Origin: Syntrophorhabdus sp. PtaB.Bin027
Lineage (GTDB): Bacteria; Desulfobacterota; Syntrophorhabdia; Syntrophorhabdales; Syntrophorhabdaceae
Assembly (NCBI GenBank): GCA_002067585.1
Contig: MVQO01000218.1
Span: 3,455-67,454 of the forward strand
Length of the DNA stretch: 64,000 nt
Direction: 5' to 3'
A program made the position numbers and the translations under genes. Of the stretch, positions 50,872 to 60,698 are shown piece by piece. The notes below the pieces were generated by a model. That model saw nothing but the letters and a program-made list of their open reading frames with translations. It searched no databases and had not been told where the DNA came from. Each line of letters opens with the position of its first letter. Position 1 is the first letter of the stretch.

Positions 50872-52558
50872 ACCTCCCTCGTACCTGAATTATCGCAGGC
50901 TTCTTGTCATTTTTTTTCTCTCCCTCCTCCTATCAATAGTATGCAGCACCAAAGATCCCTTTAAGTTGTCAGAATATCAGTATGGGGATATTGCTAAGAA
51001 GAATATAAAATCACCTGCTGATGTTTACCTTCCAGACAAAGACACCACCTTGAAGAAGGGAGAGATTATTGTCAGAGAAGGTGACAGAATTACTGACGAA
51101 CATCTTCAAAAACTCTCCCGGATAGAGGTCAGGGAAAGTACTGCGGCTTTCTCTGTAAAAAACCTGGTTCTGATCTTTCTTCTCCTTTTCTTTTCTCTTA
51201 CCCTCATATACGAATACGCAGATAAGAATATAAAGAAATTTACCCTTACAGAAAAAGACCTGAACTTTGCAGCTATCTTCACCTCTTTCATGGCACTTCT
51301 TGTGAAGGCTTCCACGTTGATTTTTGAACATTTTGCACCCGGTGCTGCCCCTTATCTTCTCTATATTATTCCCATATTCTGTTATGGCATCATACTGAGG
51401 ATAGTCCTGTTCTCTGAAGCGGCCATTATATTTTCCATACTCTTCTCGATCGTCATGGGCATCTTGTTTGAGAATAGCCTTCCAATCTTTCTTTATACAC
51501 TTCTAGGTAATATCCTTGCATCTTACTATTCTGGGAAGTGCGAAAACAGAAACACGGTTCTTAAAGCCGGTCTCTATACAGCTTTTATCATGTCTCTTAT
51601 TGTTATTCTTTTTGACTCTCTTCAGGGAACCTCACCCTCAAACATCCCCCTGAAGATGGCATTTATTATTGTTAACGGCGTAGGCAGCAGCTTTATAGCA
51701 CTGGGCCTTCTTCCTGTCATAGAACACATTTTTAATTACACCACGGACATCAAGCTCCTTGAGCTGGCAAACCTGGAACATCCACTCCTTGAAGAGATGA
51801 TGGTAAATGCGCCTGGAACGCATCACCACAGTATAGTTATCGGGAATCTTGCAAAGGCTGCAGCTGAAAGTATTGGTGCCCATCCACTTCTAGCAAGGGT
51901 ATCCGCGTATTACCATGACATCGGCAAACTAAAAATGCCTCACTATTTTATCGAGAACCGGGTGGGTAACGATGATGCCCACAGGGGACTCACCCCTAAC
52001 ATGAGCGCGCTGATTATCCTTTCCCACGTCAAAGAAGGGATTGAAATGGCACGGCAGTACAGACTTGGAAAAAAGATAACCGATATGATTGGTCAGCACC
52101 ATGGCACAAGCCTTGTCACATATTTTTATAACCGTGCGAAAGAACTTGAAGACCCAAGGATGCATGTGACTGAGGAAAAAGATTTCAGATATGCCGGGCC
52201 CAAACCTCAAACAAAAGAGGCAGGCATCATCATGCTGGCAGACTCTGTTGAAGCGTCATCACGCCTTCTCGACGATCCAACACCAAAAAGAATCGAAACA
52301 CACGTCCAGGAAGTCATTGAAAAAATATTTCTCGACGGGCAGCTTGACGAGTGTGAACTAACCCTCAAAGACCTCCACGCCATTCAGAAAAGTTTCATTG
52401 CTATTCTCATTGGTATATTTCATCACAGGATTGAATATCCAGAAAGGACCCTTCATGAAGGTACTGATAAGAGAGTCACCAAAGTTTCTGGGAACGGACA
52501 AAAGAACGGTCAGAAAGATAATCGAAAATTTACTAGCATCTTTAAAGCTACCGGATAG
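50852..52558 (+). CDS. 7TM-HD phosphohydrolase (PgpH-like)
   Basis: TM array; APGTHHHS, YYHDIGK, QHHGT, IMLADSVEA. Confidence 0.9.
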   Translation: MLSEKAKPPSYLNYRRLLVIFFLSLLLSIVCSTKDPFKLSEYQYGDIAKKNIKSPADVYLPDKDTTLKKGEIIVREGDRITDEHLQKLSRIEVRESTAAFSVKNLVLIFLLLFFSLTLIYEYADKNIKKFTLTEKDLNFAAIFTSFMALLVKASTLIFEHFAPGAAPYLLYIIPIFCYGIILRIVLFSEAAIIFSILFSIVMGILFENSLPIFLYTLLGNILASYYSGKCENRNTVLKAGLYTAFIMSLIVILFDSLQGTSPSNIPLKMAFIIVNGVGSSFIALGLLPVIEHIFNYTTDIKLLELANLEHPLLEEMMVNAPGTHHHSIVIGNLAKAAAESIGAHPLLARVSAYYHDIGKLKMPHYFIENRVGNDDAHRGLTPNMSALIILSHVKEGIEMARQYRLGKKITDMIGQHHGTSLVTYFYNRAKELEDPRMHVTEEKDFRYAGPKPQTKEAGIIMLADSVEASSRLLDDPTPKRIETHVQEVIEKIFLDGQLDECELTLKDLHAIQKSFIAILIGIFHHRIEYPERTLHEGTDKRVTKVSGNGQKNGQKDNRKFTSIFKATG

Positions 52559-52910
52559 GGACCTCAGTATCCTCTTTGTGGATAATAAAAAAATAAGACA
52601 ACTGAATAAACAATATTTTCATAAAGACTACCCTACAAATGTTATATCTTTTTCCTATATGGATGGGCTGACTTCTGAAGTAATAGGTGATATTGTAATC
52701 TCTATTGAAAGGACCCGCGAAGAAGCGGAATCTCTGTCAGTCCCTTTTTATGAAAGGCTTTTTACCCTCATTATACACGGGTTGGTTCATATTCTTGGCT
52801 ACGACCATACAGGAGACAAAAACCAGGCGAGGAGAATGCGCTATCGTGAAAAGAAGCTCCTCAATTTCATCATCTCCCACTCTCTGTATCAAAAATTAAT
52901 ATGTAGGTAG
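52455..52910 (+). CDS. ybeY: rRNA maturation endoribonuclease YbeY
   Basis: PTNVISF, GDIVIS, HGLVHILGYDH; start ATG 52455 after GAAAGGA. Confidence 0.92.
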   Translation: MKVLIRESPKFLGTDKRTVRKIIENLLASLKLPDRDLSILFVDNKKIRQLNKQYFHKDYPTNVISFSYMDGLTSEVIGDIVISIERTREEAESLSVPFYERLFTLIIHGLVHILGYDHTGDKNQARRMRYREKKLLNFIISHSLYQKLICR

Positions 52911-52913
52911 CTT

Positions 52914-54449
52914 ATGAGATTTTTTGATTTTTTTCATTCTAATGCCCGAAGTCTGAACTTCTCCGGGCAAATAGGGTTGCCTGTGCTCAGCGGAATTCTT
53001 CTCATTGTATGCCAACCCCCGGTCTCCCTGTTTCCTTTTGCCTTCATAGCATTGATCCCCCTGCTTTATGCTATGGCAAAATATCCATACCGTCATCCTT
53101 TCCTTCCCGGTTTTATCACAGGAATTGTTGCATATCTTGGCCTTATTTATTGGGTTATTGTTGCAATGAACACCTATGGGGGTATCGATATCTTCACCAG
53201 CACGCTTATACTGTTGTTGTTTGTTCTATATCTTTCCCTGTACCTGGGTTGCTTTACGACAGCAGTTTTTATACTTGAAAAAAAGATGTCAGTTCCTGTT
53301 TATCTATCTGTGCCCATTGTGTGGACACTTCTGGAGTACCTCAGGGGCGTTGCCCTCACAGGCTTTCCGTGGAGCTTCCTTGGCCACTCCCAGCACAACT
53401 TCCTCATCTTTATTCAAATTGCGTCTATTACCGGCACTTACTTCATATCTTTTCTCATTGCCGCTATAAATTGCATCGTTTTCTTTGTGGCACTCAAGAA
53501 ACCAATTTCAAAGATCTATTTAACAGTGATACTCGTCATAGTAACAGCTTCTGTTGCTTTTGGATTTATTAGAGTCAATGAGCCACAAGATGCAAAGTTA
53601 ACCGCTGCTATTGTCCAGGGAAACATCAGGCAAGACGTCAAATGGGATGATAATTTCAAGATTAAAACCATTCAGATATATTCCGAAAACACAATCAGAA
53701 AAGGCAACAATGTGGATTTCGTAATCTGGCCTGAGACTGCCCTACCTCTTATCTTTAACGAAGAAACGTACGTCAATCAATACATCAAAACATTGCCCTC
53801 TATGGTGAATTCACATCTTCTTTTCGGCACAATCTGGAAAGACCAGAGAGGAAAAGTATACAATTCAGCCTATGTCATTGGAAAAAATGGTGATGTAAAC
53901 GGTATTTACAATAAAGCGCACCTCGTCCCATTCGGTGAGTATACCCCGTTAGTCCGCTACCTCCCCTTTCTTGAGAAAATCACTGCCCAGGGTGCAGGTT
54001 TTGCTTCCGGCAATGGCCATGACCCTGTAATAACCCCCTCTGGCAAAGTAGGGATTCTTATCTGTTACGAAGGTGTCTTCCCCTATATCACAAATGCAAC
54101 AGTGGCAAGAGGGGCCCAGTTTCTCGTAAACCTGACAAATGATGCATGGTATGAAAAAACCTCAGCGGCTTTCCAACACTTGGCCTTCTATGTCTTCCGG
54201 GCTGTTGAAACCGACAGATATATTCTTCGTGCAGCGAATACAGGCATAAGCGCCATCATCGACCCAAGAGGGCGCATCACAGCCAGAACGCCTATTTTCG
54301 AAGAACAGGTTTTGAAAGGAAATTTCTCACTCAGGGACAGCATGACCTCATACATCGTATATGGTGATTACTTCATACTTATTTTATTCCTTTCTCTGCT
54401 GACCATCATAACTGTTCAATTCATTCGAAGGAACAAAAAACAAAGATAA
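52914..54449 (+). CDS. lnt: Apolipoprotein N-acyltransferase
   Basis: IWPETA, KAHLVPFGEY, ICYE, TNDAWY, RAANTGISA. Confidence 0.95.
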   Translation: MRFFDFFHSNARSLNFSGQIGLPVLSGILLIVCQPPVSLFPFAFIALIPLLYAMAKYPYRHPFLPGFITGIVAYLGLIYWVIVAMNTYGGIDIFTSTLILLLFVLYLSLYLGCFTTAVFILEKKMSVPVYLSVPIVWTLLEYLRGVALTGFPWSFLGHSQHNFLIFIQIASITGTYFISFLIAAINCIVFFVALKKPISKIYLTVILVIVTASVAFGFIRVNEPQDAKLTAAIVQGNIRQDVKWDDNFKIKTIQIYSENTIRKGNNVDFVIWPETALPLIFNEETYVNQYIKTLPSMVNSHLLFGTIWKDQRGKVYNSAYVIGKNGDVNGIYNKAHLVPFGEYTPLVRYLPFLEKITAQGAGFASGNGHDPVITPSGKVGILICYEGVFPYITNATVARGAQFLVNLTNDAWYEKTSAAFQHLAFYVFRAVETDRYILRAANTGISAIIDPRGRITARTPIFEEQVLKGNFSLRDSMTSYIVYGDYFILILFLSLLTIITVQFIRRNKKQR

Positions 54450-54602
54450 AGTAAGTTGGTTTGCCCCGGGACAGGTATCCGCGAAGAAAAATTATCCTTT
54501 ACAGACACTTTCATTCGCTCCACAACCCTCACCCACCCCAGTTCGTGCAAAGATAAGCATCAACATTGCAGGAGAGTCTGTTTTGGATTGGGTCTTGTTG
54601 TG

Positions 54603-55883
54603 TTACCTCAGGAGTAGCTTAGGAAGAAGGGTTGAAAGTTGTGGAACATACGTGATAATCACGAGGCACCCAAGGAACAGGAGGATAAAAGGAAGGATTG
54701 ATTTGCCGATCTCTACAAGGGACCGTTTCATGATAGCCATTGCAACAAACAGGTTCAGGCCAAAGGGCGGTGTCAGGAAACCACATTCTATGTTGACAAT
54801 CATGATGATACCGTAATGGATGAAATCAATATCATATCTGCTGAGCGTTTCCACAAGGATTGGTGAGATGACAATAATGGCTGTCACAATATCCATAAGA
54901 GCGCCGATAATGAGAAGGACCCCATTGATGGCCAGGAGAAAGAGCCACTTGTTCTGAATGTTTGAAACGATTGCTTCGGCCAGCTTAATGGGAATCTGTT
55001 CAACAGTCAGAAGCCAGATAAAACTCATGGCGCAGGAAAGAATAAAGAGGAGGCACCCCGACAGGATTGCAGAGTCCCTGCATATGTTGAATAGCTTGCC
55101 AATCTTCAACTCTTTGTAAATGAAAAGCTCAACAAATAAAGCATAAACTACTGATACTGCAGCAGCTTCTGTGGGAGTGAAGATTCCCCCGTATATTCCG
55201 CCAAGAACAAGCACAGGAAGAAAGAGTGCCCACAGGCCATCTTTGATAATTTTCAAACCCTCTTTAAAAGAATAGTGGACCTGTGACCGCCATCCATGTT
55301 TGCGAGCCATATAGTACGAGTAGCCCATAAGGCTACATCCTATGAATATGCCGGGAAGAAATCCTGCCATAAAGATTTCTGCCACAGAGACATTCATGAC
55401 AAGGGCATAGAGAATCATGGGGATACTGGGCGGGATGAGGATGCCTAGAGAACCGGACGATGTAAGCAACCCTATAGAGAATCTATTACCATAACCTTCC
55501 TTGATGAGGGCAGGCATCATGATGCTCCCGATTGCAATAACTGTTGCCGGGGACGATCCAGAGATGGCCGCAAAGACCATGCACGCCAAAACAGACGCAA
55601 GGGCAAGGCCTCCGGTGAACCTCCCTACGAAAAGCTTCATAACCCCAACCAAGCGGTCAGAGATAGCCCCTTCTGCCATAATGTTACCGGCAAGTATGAA
55701 AAAGGGCACCCCCAGGAGCACAAAATTATCGAGCCCATTAAAGAGCTGCTGGATAAGGGATGTAACAGGGACATGGGCGATAAAGATCAGGTAAATAGCA
55801 GTTGTGGCGGCAAGAAGTAAGGCAATGGGCATGCTCAGGGTAAGGAGTATAAAGAAACAGATGAGGACAATCGTTAGGGTCAT
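54603..55883 (-). CDS. TRAP transporter large permease DctM
   Basis: GVPFFILAG, SGSSPA, LIPPSIP, FTPTEAA, LTPPFG. Confidence 0.95.
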   Translation of the reverse strand: MTLTIVLICFFILLTLSMPIALLLAATTAIYLIFIAHVPVTSLIQQLFNGLDNFVLLGVPFFILAGNIMAEGAISDRLVGVMKLFVGRFTGGLALASVLACMVFAAISGSSPATVIAIGSIMMPALIKEGYGNRFSIGLLTSSGSLGILIPPSIPMILYALVMNVSVAEIFMAGFLPGIFIGCSLMGYSYYMARKHGWRSQVHYSFKEGLKIIKDGLWALFLPVLVLGGIYGGIFTPTEAAAVSVVYALFVELFIYKELKIGKLFNICRDSAILSGCLLFILSCAMSFIWLLTVEQIPIKLAEAIVSNIQNKWLFLLAINGVLLIIGALMDIVTAIIVISPILVETLSRYDIDFIHYGIIMIVNIECGFLTPPFGLNLFVAMAIMKRSLVEIGKSILPFILLFLGCLVIITYVPQLSTLLPKLLLR

Positions 55884-55886
55884 TGG

Positions 55887-56393
55887 TTATTTCTTCCTTA
55901 CCCGCCCAAAGGGCTCTCTCTTCAGAAAACTCATGAAATGCTTATGGGAAAGTACAAAAAATCTGAAGGCCATCATAATAGAGAAGAGAGGAATAGGGAT
56001 ATAGGGGATAAACATGGGCAACTGCATAGCAGAGCTTTTGACACCGAATGATTGGAGTTTTAAAATGTGGACAATACCGTAATATACGAAAAGAATACAC
56101 AGGATGCCCGACATCATATATGCAAAGACCTTCAAGAGGTGGCTCACCCTGTCAGGGGCATATTCGGTAAGCGCCTCCATGGAGAAATGAGTACCATATT
56201 TAACTCCTATGGCAGCTCCAAGATAGGTACAGAATATCATCATGTAATTGGCGAATTCACCAAACCAGGCAAAGGTATAGGAAACAGTATATCGAAGTCC
56301 GGTCTCAATAAATGTGAGGATTGCCAGGCCAAGGAGTGACATGCCGACAAGCCCCTCCTCGACCTTGTTCAGTGTCTTTATCAGGTTTTCCAT
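55887..56393 (-). CDS. TRAP transporter small permease DctQ
   Basis: Four TM segments; position between dctP and dctM. Confidence 0.9.
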   Translation of the reverse strand: MENLIKTLNKVEEGLVGMSLLGLAILTFIETGLRYTVSYTFAWFGEFANYMMIFCTYLGAAIGVKYGTHFSMEALTEYAPDRVSHLLKVFAYMMSGILCILFVYYGIVHILKLQSFGVKSSAMQLPMFIPYIPIPLFSIMMAFRFFVLSHKHFMSFLKREPFGRVRKK

Positions 56394-56420
56394 CTGAAAG
56401 CAGTATATTACGTTGAATCA

Positions 56421-56471
56421 GTTGATTAGGCTAAATGGTCTGGCAAACTCAATCCATCCAGCCTAATCAAC
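56421..56471. repeat. 12-bp perfect inverted repeat between dctP and dctQ
   Basis: GTTGATTAGGCT-27 nt-AGCCTAATCAAC. Confidence 0.75.
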
Positions 56472-56485
56472 ATACTTTCTGTTTT

Positions 56486-57496
56486 TTACTTCTTCTTGGA
56501 ATAGAAGTCGATCTTCTTCAGGTAAAAGTCATACCAATCAGCCCCATATTGGGCACGATATTTGTCATGCACAGGCTGAACAGCTTTTTTAAAGGCAGCC
56601 CTTTCCTGGTCAGTAAGGATATGCACATCCACCTTTTGTTCCTTCGCTTTGTCAAGTGCTTCTACCCTGTTCTTGGCGTTTCCTTCTCTGTTAACCTTTG
56701 CCTGAACTTCGGCCGCTTCCCTGAAGATCTTTTGCTGTTCCGGCTTAAGGGAATTCCAGAAGGCCTTGTTCACAATTGTCGGGCATTCGGTGAGGATGTG
56801 GTTTGTGATGGTGGCAAATTTGTTTACTTCAGTAAACTTCATAAGGATGGAGGTATAGATTGGGTTGTCCTGGCCATCAATCACCTTTTGCTGCAGTGCA
56901 TTATAAATCTCAGGAAAAGGCAGTGGTGTGGGATTGGCACCAAGAGCCCTGAACGTGTCAATCATCATGGGAGACTCAACAACCCTTATTTTCAAACCTT
57001 TCATGTCATCGGGCATTTTTATGGGCCGCTTTGAGTTGGTTAAATCCCTGAACTCATTCTCGGTGTAACCGATAAAAACAAAACCCTTTGCGTCGCAATA
57101 TTTTGCAAACCGATCTTTCACTTCTTTATCATCGAGAACCTTGTATGCCACATCTCTGTTTGGATAAACAAAAGGCAGCTCAATGATGCCCATCTCGGGA
57201 ACAAAGTTGGCGAGAACACCGGCTGTTGTTGAGGTCATCTGGAGTGTCCCACCCTGCACTTGCTCAGTCATTGAGCGCTCGCCTCCTAGCTGGCCAAGGG
57301 GAAATACCTGAACTTCAATTTCTCCGTTTGTTTTTTCAGTTACGTACTTCGCGAAAGCAACAGCTGCATGGTGCTGAGGGTGGACAGGTGGGCCAACATG
57401 CCCATACTTCACAATCGTTTTGGCATCTGCAACGCCAGAAGTTAAAGCCACAAAAACCGCTAAAACAAAAACAATGGACAGCATTTTTTTAATCAT
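56486..57496 (-). CDS. TRAP transporter substrate-binding protein DctP
   Basis: Signal peptide; QLGGER, GLKIRV, EIYNALQQKVIDGQDN; start reassigned to 57496. Confidence 0.93.
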   Translation of the reverse strand: MIKKMLSIVFVLAVFVALTSGVADAKTIVKYGHVGPPVHPQHHAAVAFAKYVTEKTNGEIEVQVFPLGQLGGERSMTEQVQGGTLQMTSTTAGVLANFVPEMGIIELPFVYPNRDVAYKVLDDKEVKDRFAKYCDAKGFVFIGYTENEFRDLTNSKRPIKMPDDMKGLKIRVVESPMMIDTFRALGANPTPLPFPEIYNALQQKVIDGQDNPIYTSILMKFTEVNKFATITNHILTECPTIVNKAFWNSLKPEQQKIFREAAEVQAKVNREGNAKNRVEALDKAKEQKVDVHILTDQERAAFKKAVQPVHDKYRAQYGADWYDFYLKKIDFYSKKK

Positions 57497-57665
57497 GATG
57501 ACCCCCTTGTTTGATATTGTTTTAATATAGACTTTATCAAAAGAATTCTTATACAAAAAACCTGTCTTGTCAAATAAAAAATCCTTGCTTCATTCGTTCT
57601 GATTGTAGAAGCCTCAACAAAATCTGTTGACATCAATCAGATATCTGGGGTACTGTACACAATGA

Positions 57666-58337
57666 ATGGCCAGATTCATCATTAAAGATAACGAGACAAT
57701 CAGAAAAAAAGTCTATCATCATATTAGAGAAAAAATCTTAAACGGAGAAATTGCGCCTGGCGAACGTCTTATAGAAACACGGCTTGCTCACGATATTGGT
57801 ACCTCGCGAACCCCTGTCCGTGAGGCGTTACACAGTCTTGAACTTGAAAAACTGATTAAGTCAATACCCAGGGTCGGTTATATTGTTGAAGGAATGGATG
57901 TGCATGAGTTGGAGCAAATCTGTGAGATCAGATCAGTCATTGAGGCACTTGCAACTCGTTGGGCAATGGAAAAGTCTAATAAAAAACTTGCAAAAAGTCT
58001 CATGAAAAATGTTGAAAAGCAGGAAAAGGCCCTGAGCAAAAACAGATTGCAGGAGTACATTGAACTCGATGCACAATTTCACGACATTATAGCAAAACTG
58101 AGTGGCAGTGATCGCCTTCTTGAACTGGATCAGACGTTGCGGAGACACATGTTACGGTACCGGGCTCATGTTGTCTACGCAATCGATACTGCTATTCGAT
58201 CCGTGGAGGGGCATCGTCGTATCGTGAATGCCATTGAAGAGGGGAATACTAATAAGGCAATTGAGGCACTTCAGTACCACCTTCAACAGTCAAAAGAAGA
58301 TATTCTTCAGTACGTTTTAAGCGAACACCCTCAGTGA
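57666..58337 (+). CDS. GntR (FCD) family transcriptional regulator
   Basis: GERLIETRLA..SRTPVREAL; FCD domain with DAQFH. Confidence 0.93.
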   Translation: MARFIIKDNETIRKKVYHHIREKILNGEIAPGERLIETRLAHDIGTSRTPVREALHSLELEKLIKSIPRVGYIVEGMDVHELEQICEIRSVIEALATRWAMEKSNKKLAKSLMKNVEKQEKALSKNRLQEYIELDAQFHDIIAKLSGSDRLLELDQTLRRHMLRYRAHVVYAIDTAIRSVEGHRRIVNAIEEGNTNKAIEALQYHLQQSKEDILQYVLSEHPQ

Positions 58338-58558
58338 GTAATTGCTCAGCCATCAAGCATTATCTGAAAAATTAAAGCTCTATGGAACAGCCGCTGTAAC
58401 CTCCATATCATGTGCTTTTTCTCCAGTATTTTTTCTTGCCACATGACCGAGAAAATCATATTTCTTTGATTGACAGTATGAAAAGATACATAGTAACATT
58501 TATCAATCATTGAGGGGGGCTGGAAAGATTCCCCAGAAACTAATCAAGGAGGTACAGG

Positions 58559-59770
58559 ATGCGAAGATCAGTTTTGTTTGTAGTGTTTATGGTTTTTGTC
58601 ATGGGTCTTGTCTGGTCGCAGTCAGGTTATTCAGCAAACACAATAAAGGTTGGTATTGTTGATACCTATTCAGGACCTGCAACTACGTATACCCAGGACG
58701 CCCTTGATGGATTCAAGCTTGCTACTGAACAGATCAATGCAAAAGGCGGTATACTTGGAAAAAAGCTGGAGTATACCACTCGTGATGAGAAATTCAAACC
58801 GGATATCGGTCTTGCCATGGCAAAAGAACTTGTCCTCAAGGAAAAGGTTGACATTCTGGCAGGTACCATAAACAGCGGGACAGCATTGGCAGTTTCAGAT
58901 TTTGCGAAAAAAGAAAAAATGCCTTTTTTCGTTTTCTATTCTAAGAGTGAAAAGATCATAGGTGAGAAAGGACACAAATATGTCTTTAATATGAATGAGA
59001 ACACGGAAATGGCAGGGAGGGCTGCTGCAGTTGCCTTATCCAAAAAACCCTACGTGAAGTACTGGATTGCAGGCGATGACTACGAATACGGTCATGCTAT
59101 TGCTGATGCAACGTGGAACAACCTGAAAAAAATGAAAGCAGGTGTTCAGCTCCTCGGTCAGTCCTGGTGGAAAGTTGGCGAGGCGGATTTCACCCCTTAT
59201 ATTACCCAGATTCTTGCTGCAAAACCTGATTTCATTATCGTTGCTACCGGTGGTTCAGGCATGGTGAACTTCCAGAAGGCCGCCAAGGCCACTGGTCTCG
59301 TTCAGAAAATTCCTTTTTATCAGCATACAGCAAACGAACTTGGAACCCTCCTTCCGCAGGGCAAAGATGCGCCTGAAGGAGTATGGGGAACCTCTAACTA
59401 CTTTTTCTACTATCCTGAAACTCCAGCAAATAAGGCCTTTGTTGATGATTTCAGAAAGGCATTTAACAGGTATCCAAAAGCAAGCGCACTGGTTGGCTTT
59501 ATGACAGCCCAGTTTATCGCGGAAGGTTACAAAAAGGCAGGCAAAATCGATAATGAAGCATTTATAAAAGCCATTGAAGGAATGAGCCTTGACAGCCCGG
59601 TGGGGCCTCTTGCAATCAGGGCATGCGATCATCAACTTGAACTGCCCACTTACTGGGGCGTAACCAAAAAGGACCCGAAGTATGATTTCTTAATCTCCGG
59701 TGATATCCAGGTCATTGCTCCCAAAGATTATATGCCAACGTGCCAGGATGTTTTAAAGCTCCGAAAGTAG
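58559..59770 (+). CDS. ABC transporter substrate-binding protein, branched-chain amino acid (HAAT) family
   Basis: Signal peptide; INAKGGILG, DYEYG, DFTPYI. Confidence 0.92.
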   Translation: MRRSVLFVVFMVFVMGLVWSQSGYSANTIKVGIVDTYSGPATTYTQDALDGFKLATEQINAKGGILGKKLEYTTRDEKFKPDIGLAMAKELVLKEKVDILAGTINSGTALAVSDFAKKEKMPFFVFYSKSEKIIGEKGHKYVFNMNENTEMAGRAAAVALSKKPYVKYWIAGDDYEYGHAIADATWNNLKKMKAGVQLLGQSWWKVGEADFTPYITQILAAKPDFIIVATGGSGMVNFQKAAKATGLVQKIPFYQHTANELGTLLPQGKDAPEGVWGTSNYFFYYPETPANKAFVDDFRKAFNRYPKASALVGFMTAQFIAEGYKKAGKIDNEAFIKAIEGMSLDSPVGPLAIRACDHQLELPTYWGVTKKDPKYDFLISGDIQVIAPKDYMPTCQDVLKLRK

Positions 59771-59803
59771 TTAATATGTCAATATAACCAAGGAGATCAG
59801 GCT

Positions 59804-60685
59804 GTGGATGTGACAGGGGTATTGAATCAGGTGTTCGTGGGCTTGAGCCGTACAGTAATTCTCTTCATAGTCTCTTCAGGGTTGAGTCTTATCCTGGGGG
59901 TTTTGCGGATCCCAAATGTAGCACATGGTTCCCTATACATGATTGGCGCCTTTATGGCCTTTACCTTATCTAAACTTTTTGGTGGAGGGGACATGGGATT
60001 CTGGATGGCCCTCATCGGTGCCCCGCTCGCTGTTGCACTCATAAGCCTTGTCGCAGAGCGGGGTATTTTCCAATACCTCTACGAAAGGGAACACCTTATG
60101 TTAATCCTTTTGACCTTCGCATTTTCGCTGGTCTTTGGAGATCTCGTTAAAATAGTATGGGGCGGGGAATACAAATCAGTACCCGTCCCATACATGTTTC
60201 AGGGGTTTATCCCCCTTATTGGCGGTCTGCCTTTCCCCCTCTACAACCTTTTTCTTCTTGTGTGTGGCCCGATCATAGCAATCCTCCTCTGGCTTCTCGT
60301 GAATAAGACCAAGATTGGAAAAATTGCTAGGGCTGCTGCTGTGGACATGGAGATGGTGGGTGCTGTAGGTATAAATGTGAGCTGGGTTTTTGCCAGCGTC
60401 TTTGTCATTGGCTGTCTGCTCGCCGGTCTTGGTGGCGTACTTGTAGCTCCAACTGTCAGCGTTACCCTTGGTATGGACCACACCTTGATTATAGAAGCAT
60501 TTCTGATAGTTATTATGGGCGGCCTGGGCAATATATGGGGTGCTCTTCTCGGCGCGCTTATATTTGGACTTTCACAGTCTCTGGGTATTCTTATTTGGCC
60601 ACAGTTCGGCATTATTTTTCCTTACCTGGCTGTAGTCATCGTACTTATTTTCAGGCCCACAGGTCTGCTGAAAGCTACATGGTAA
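59804..60685 (+). CDS. HAAT ABC transporter permease (LivH-like)
   Basis: GLSLILG..NVAHG, GGLGNIWGA. Confidence 0.92.
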   Translation: MDVTGVLNQVFVGLSRTVILFIVSSGLSLILGVLRIPNVAHGSLYMIGAFMAFTLSKLFGGGDMGFWMALIGAPLAVALISLVAERGIFQYLYEREHLMLILLTFAFSLVFGDLVKIVWGGEYKSVPVPYMFQGFIPLIGGLPFPLYNLFLLVCGPIIAILLWLLVNKTKIGKIARAAAVDMEMVGAVGINVSWVFASVFVIGCLLAGLGGVLVAPTVSVTLGMDHTLIIEAFLIVIMGGLGNIWGALLGALIFGLSQSLGILIWPQFGIIFPYLAVVIVLIFRPTGLLKATW

Positions 60686-60698
60686 CGAGGAGCATAAT

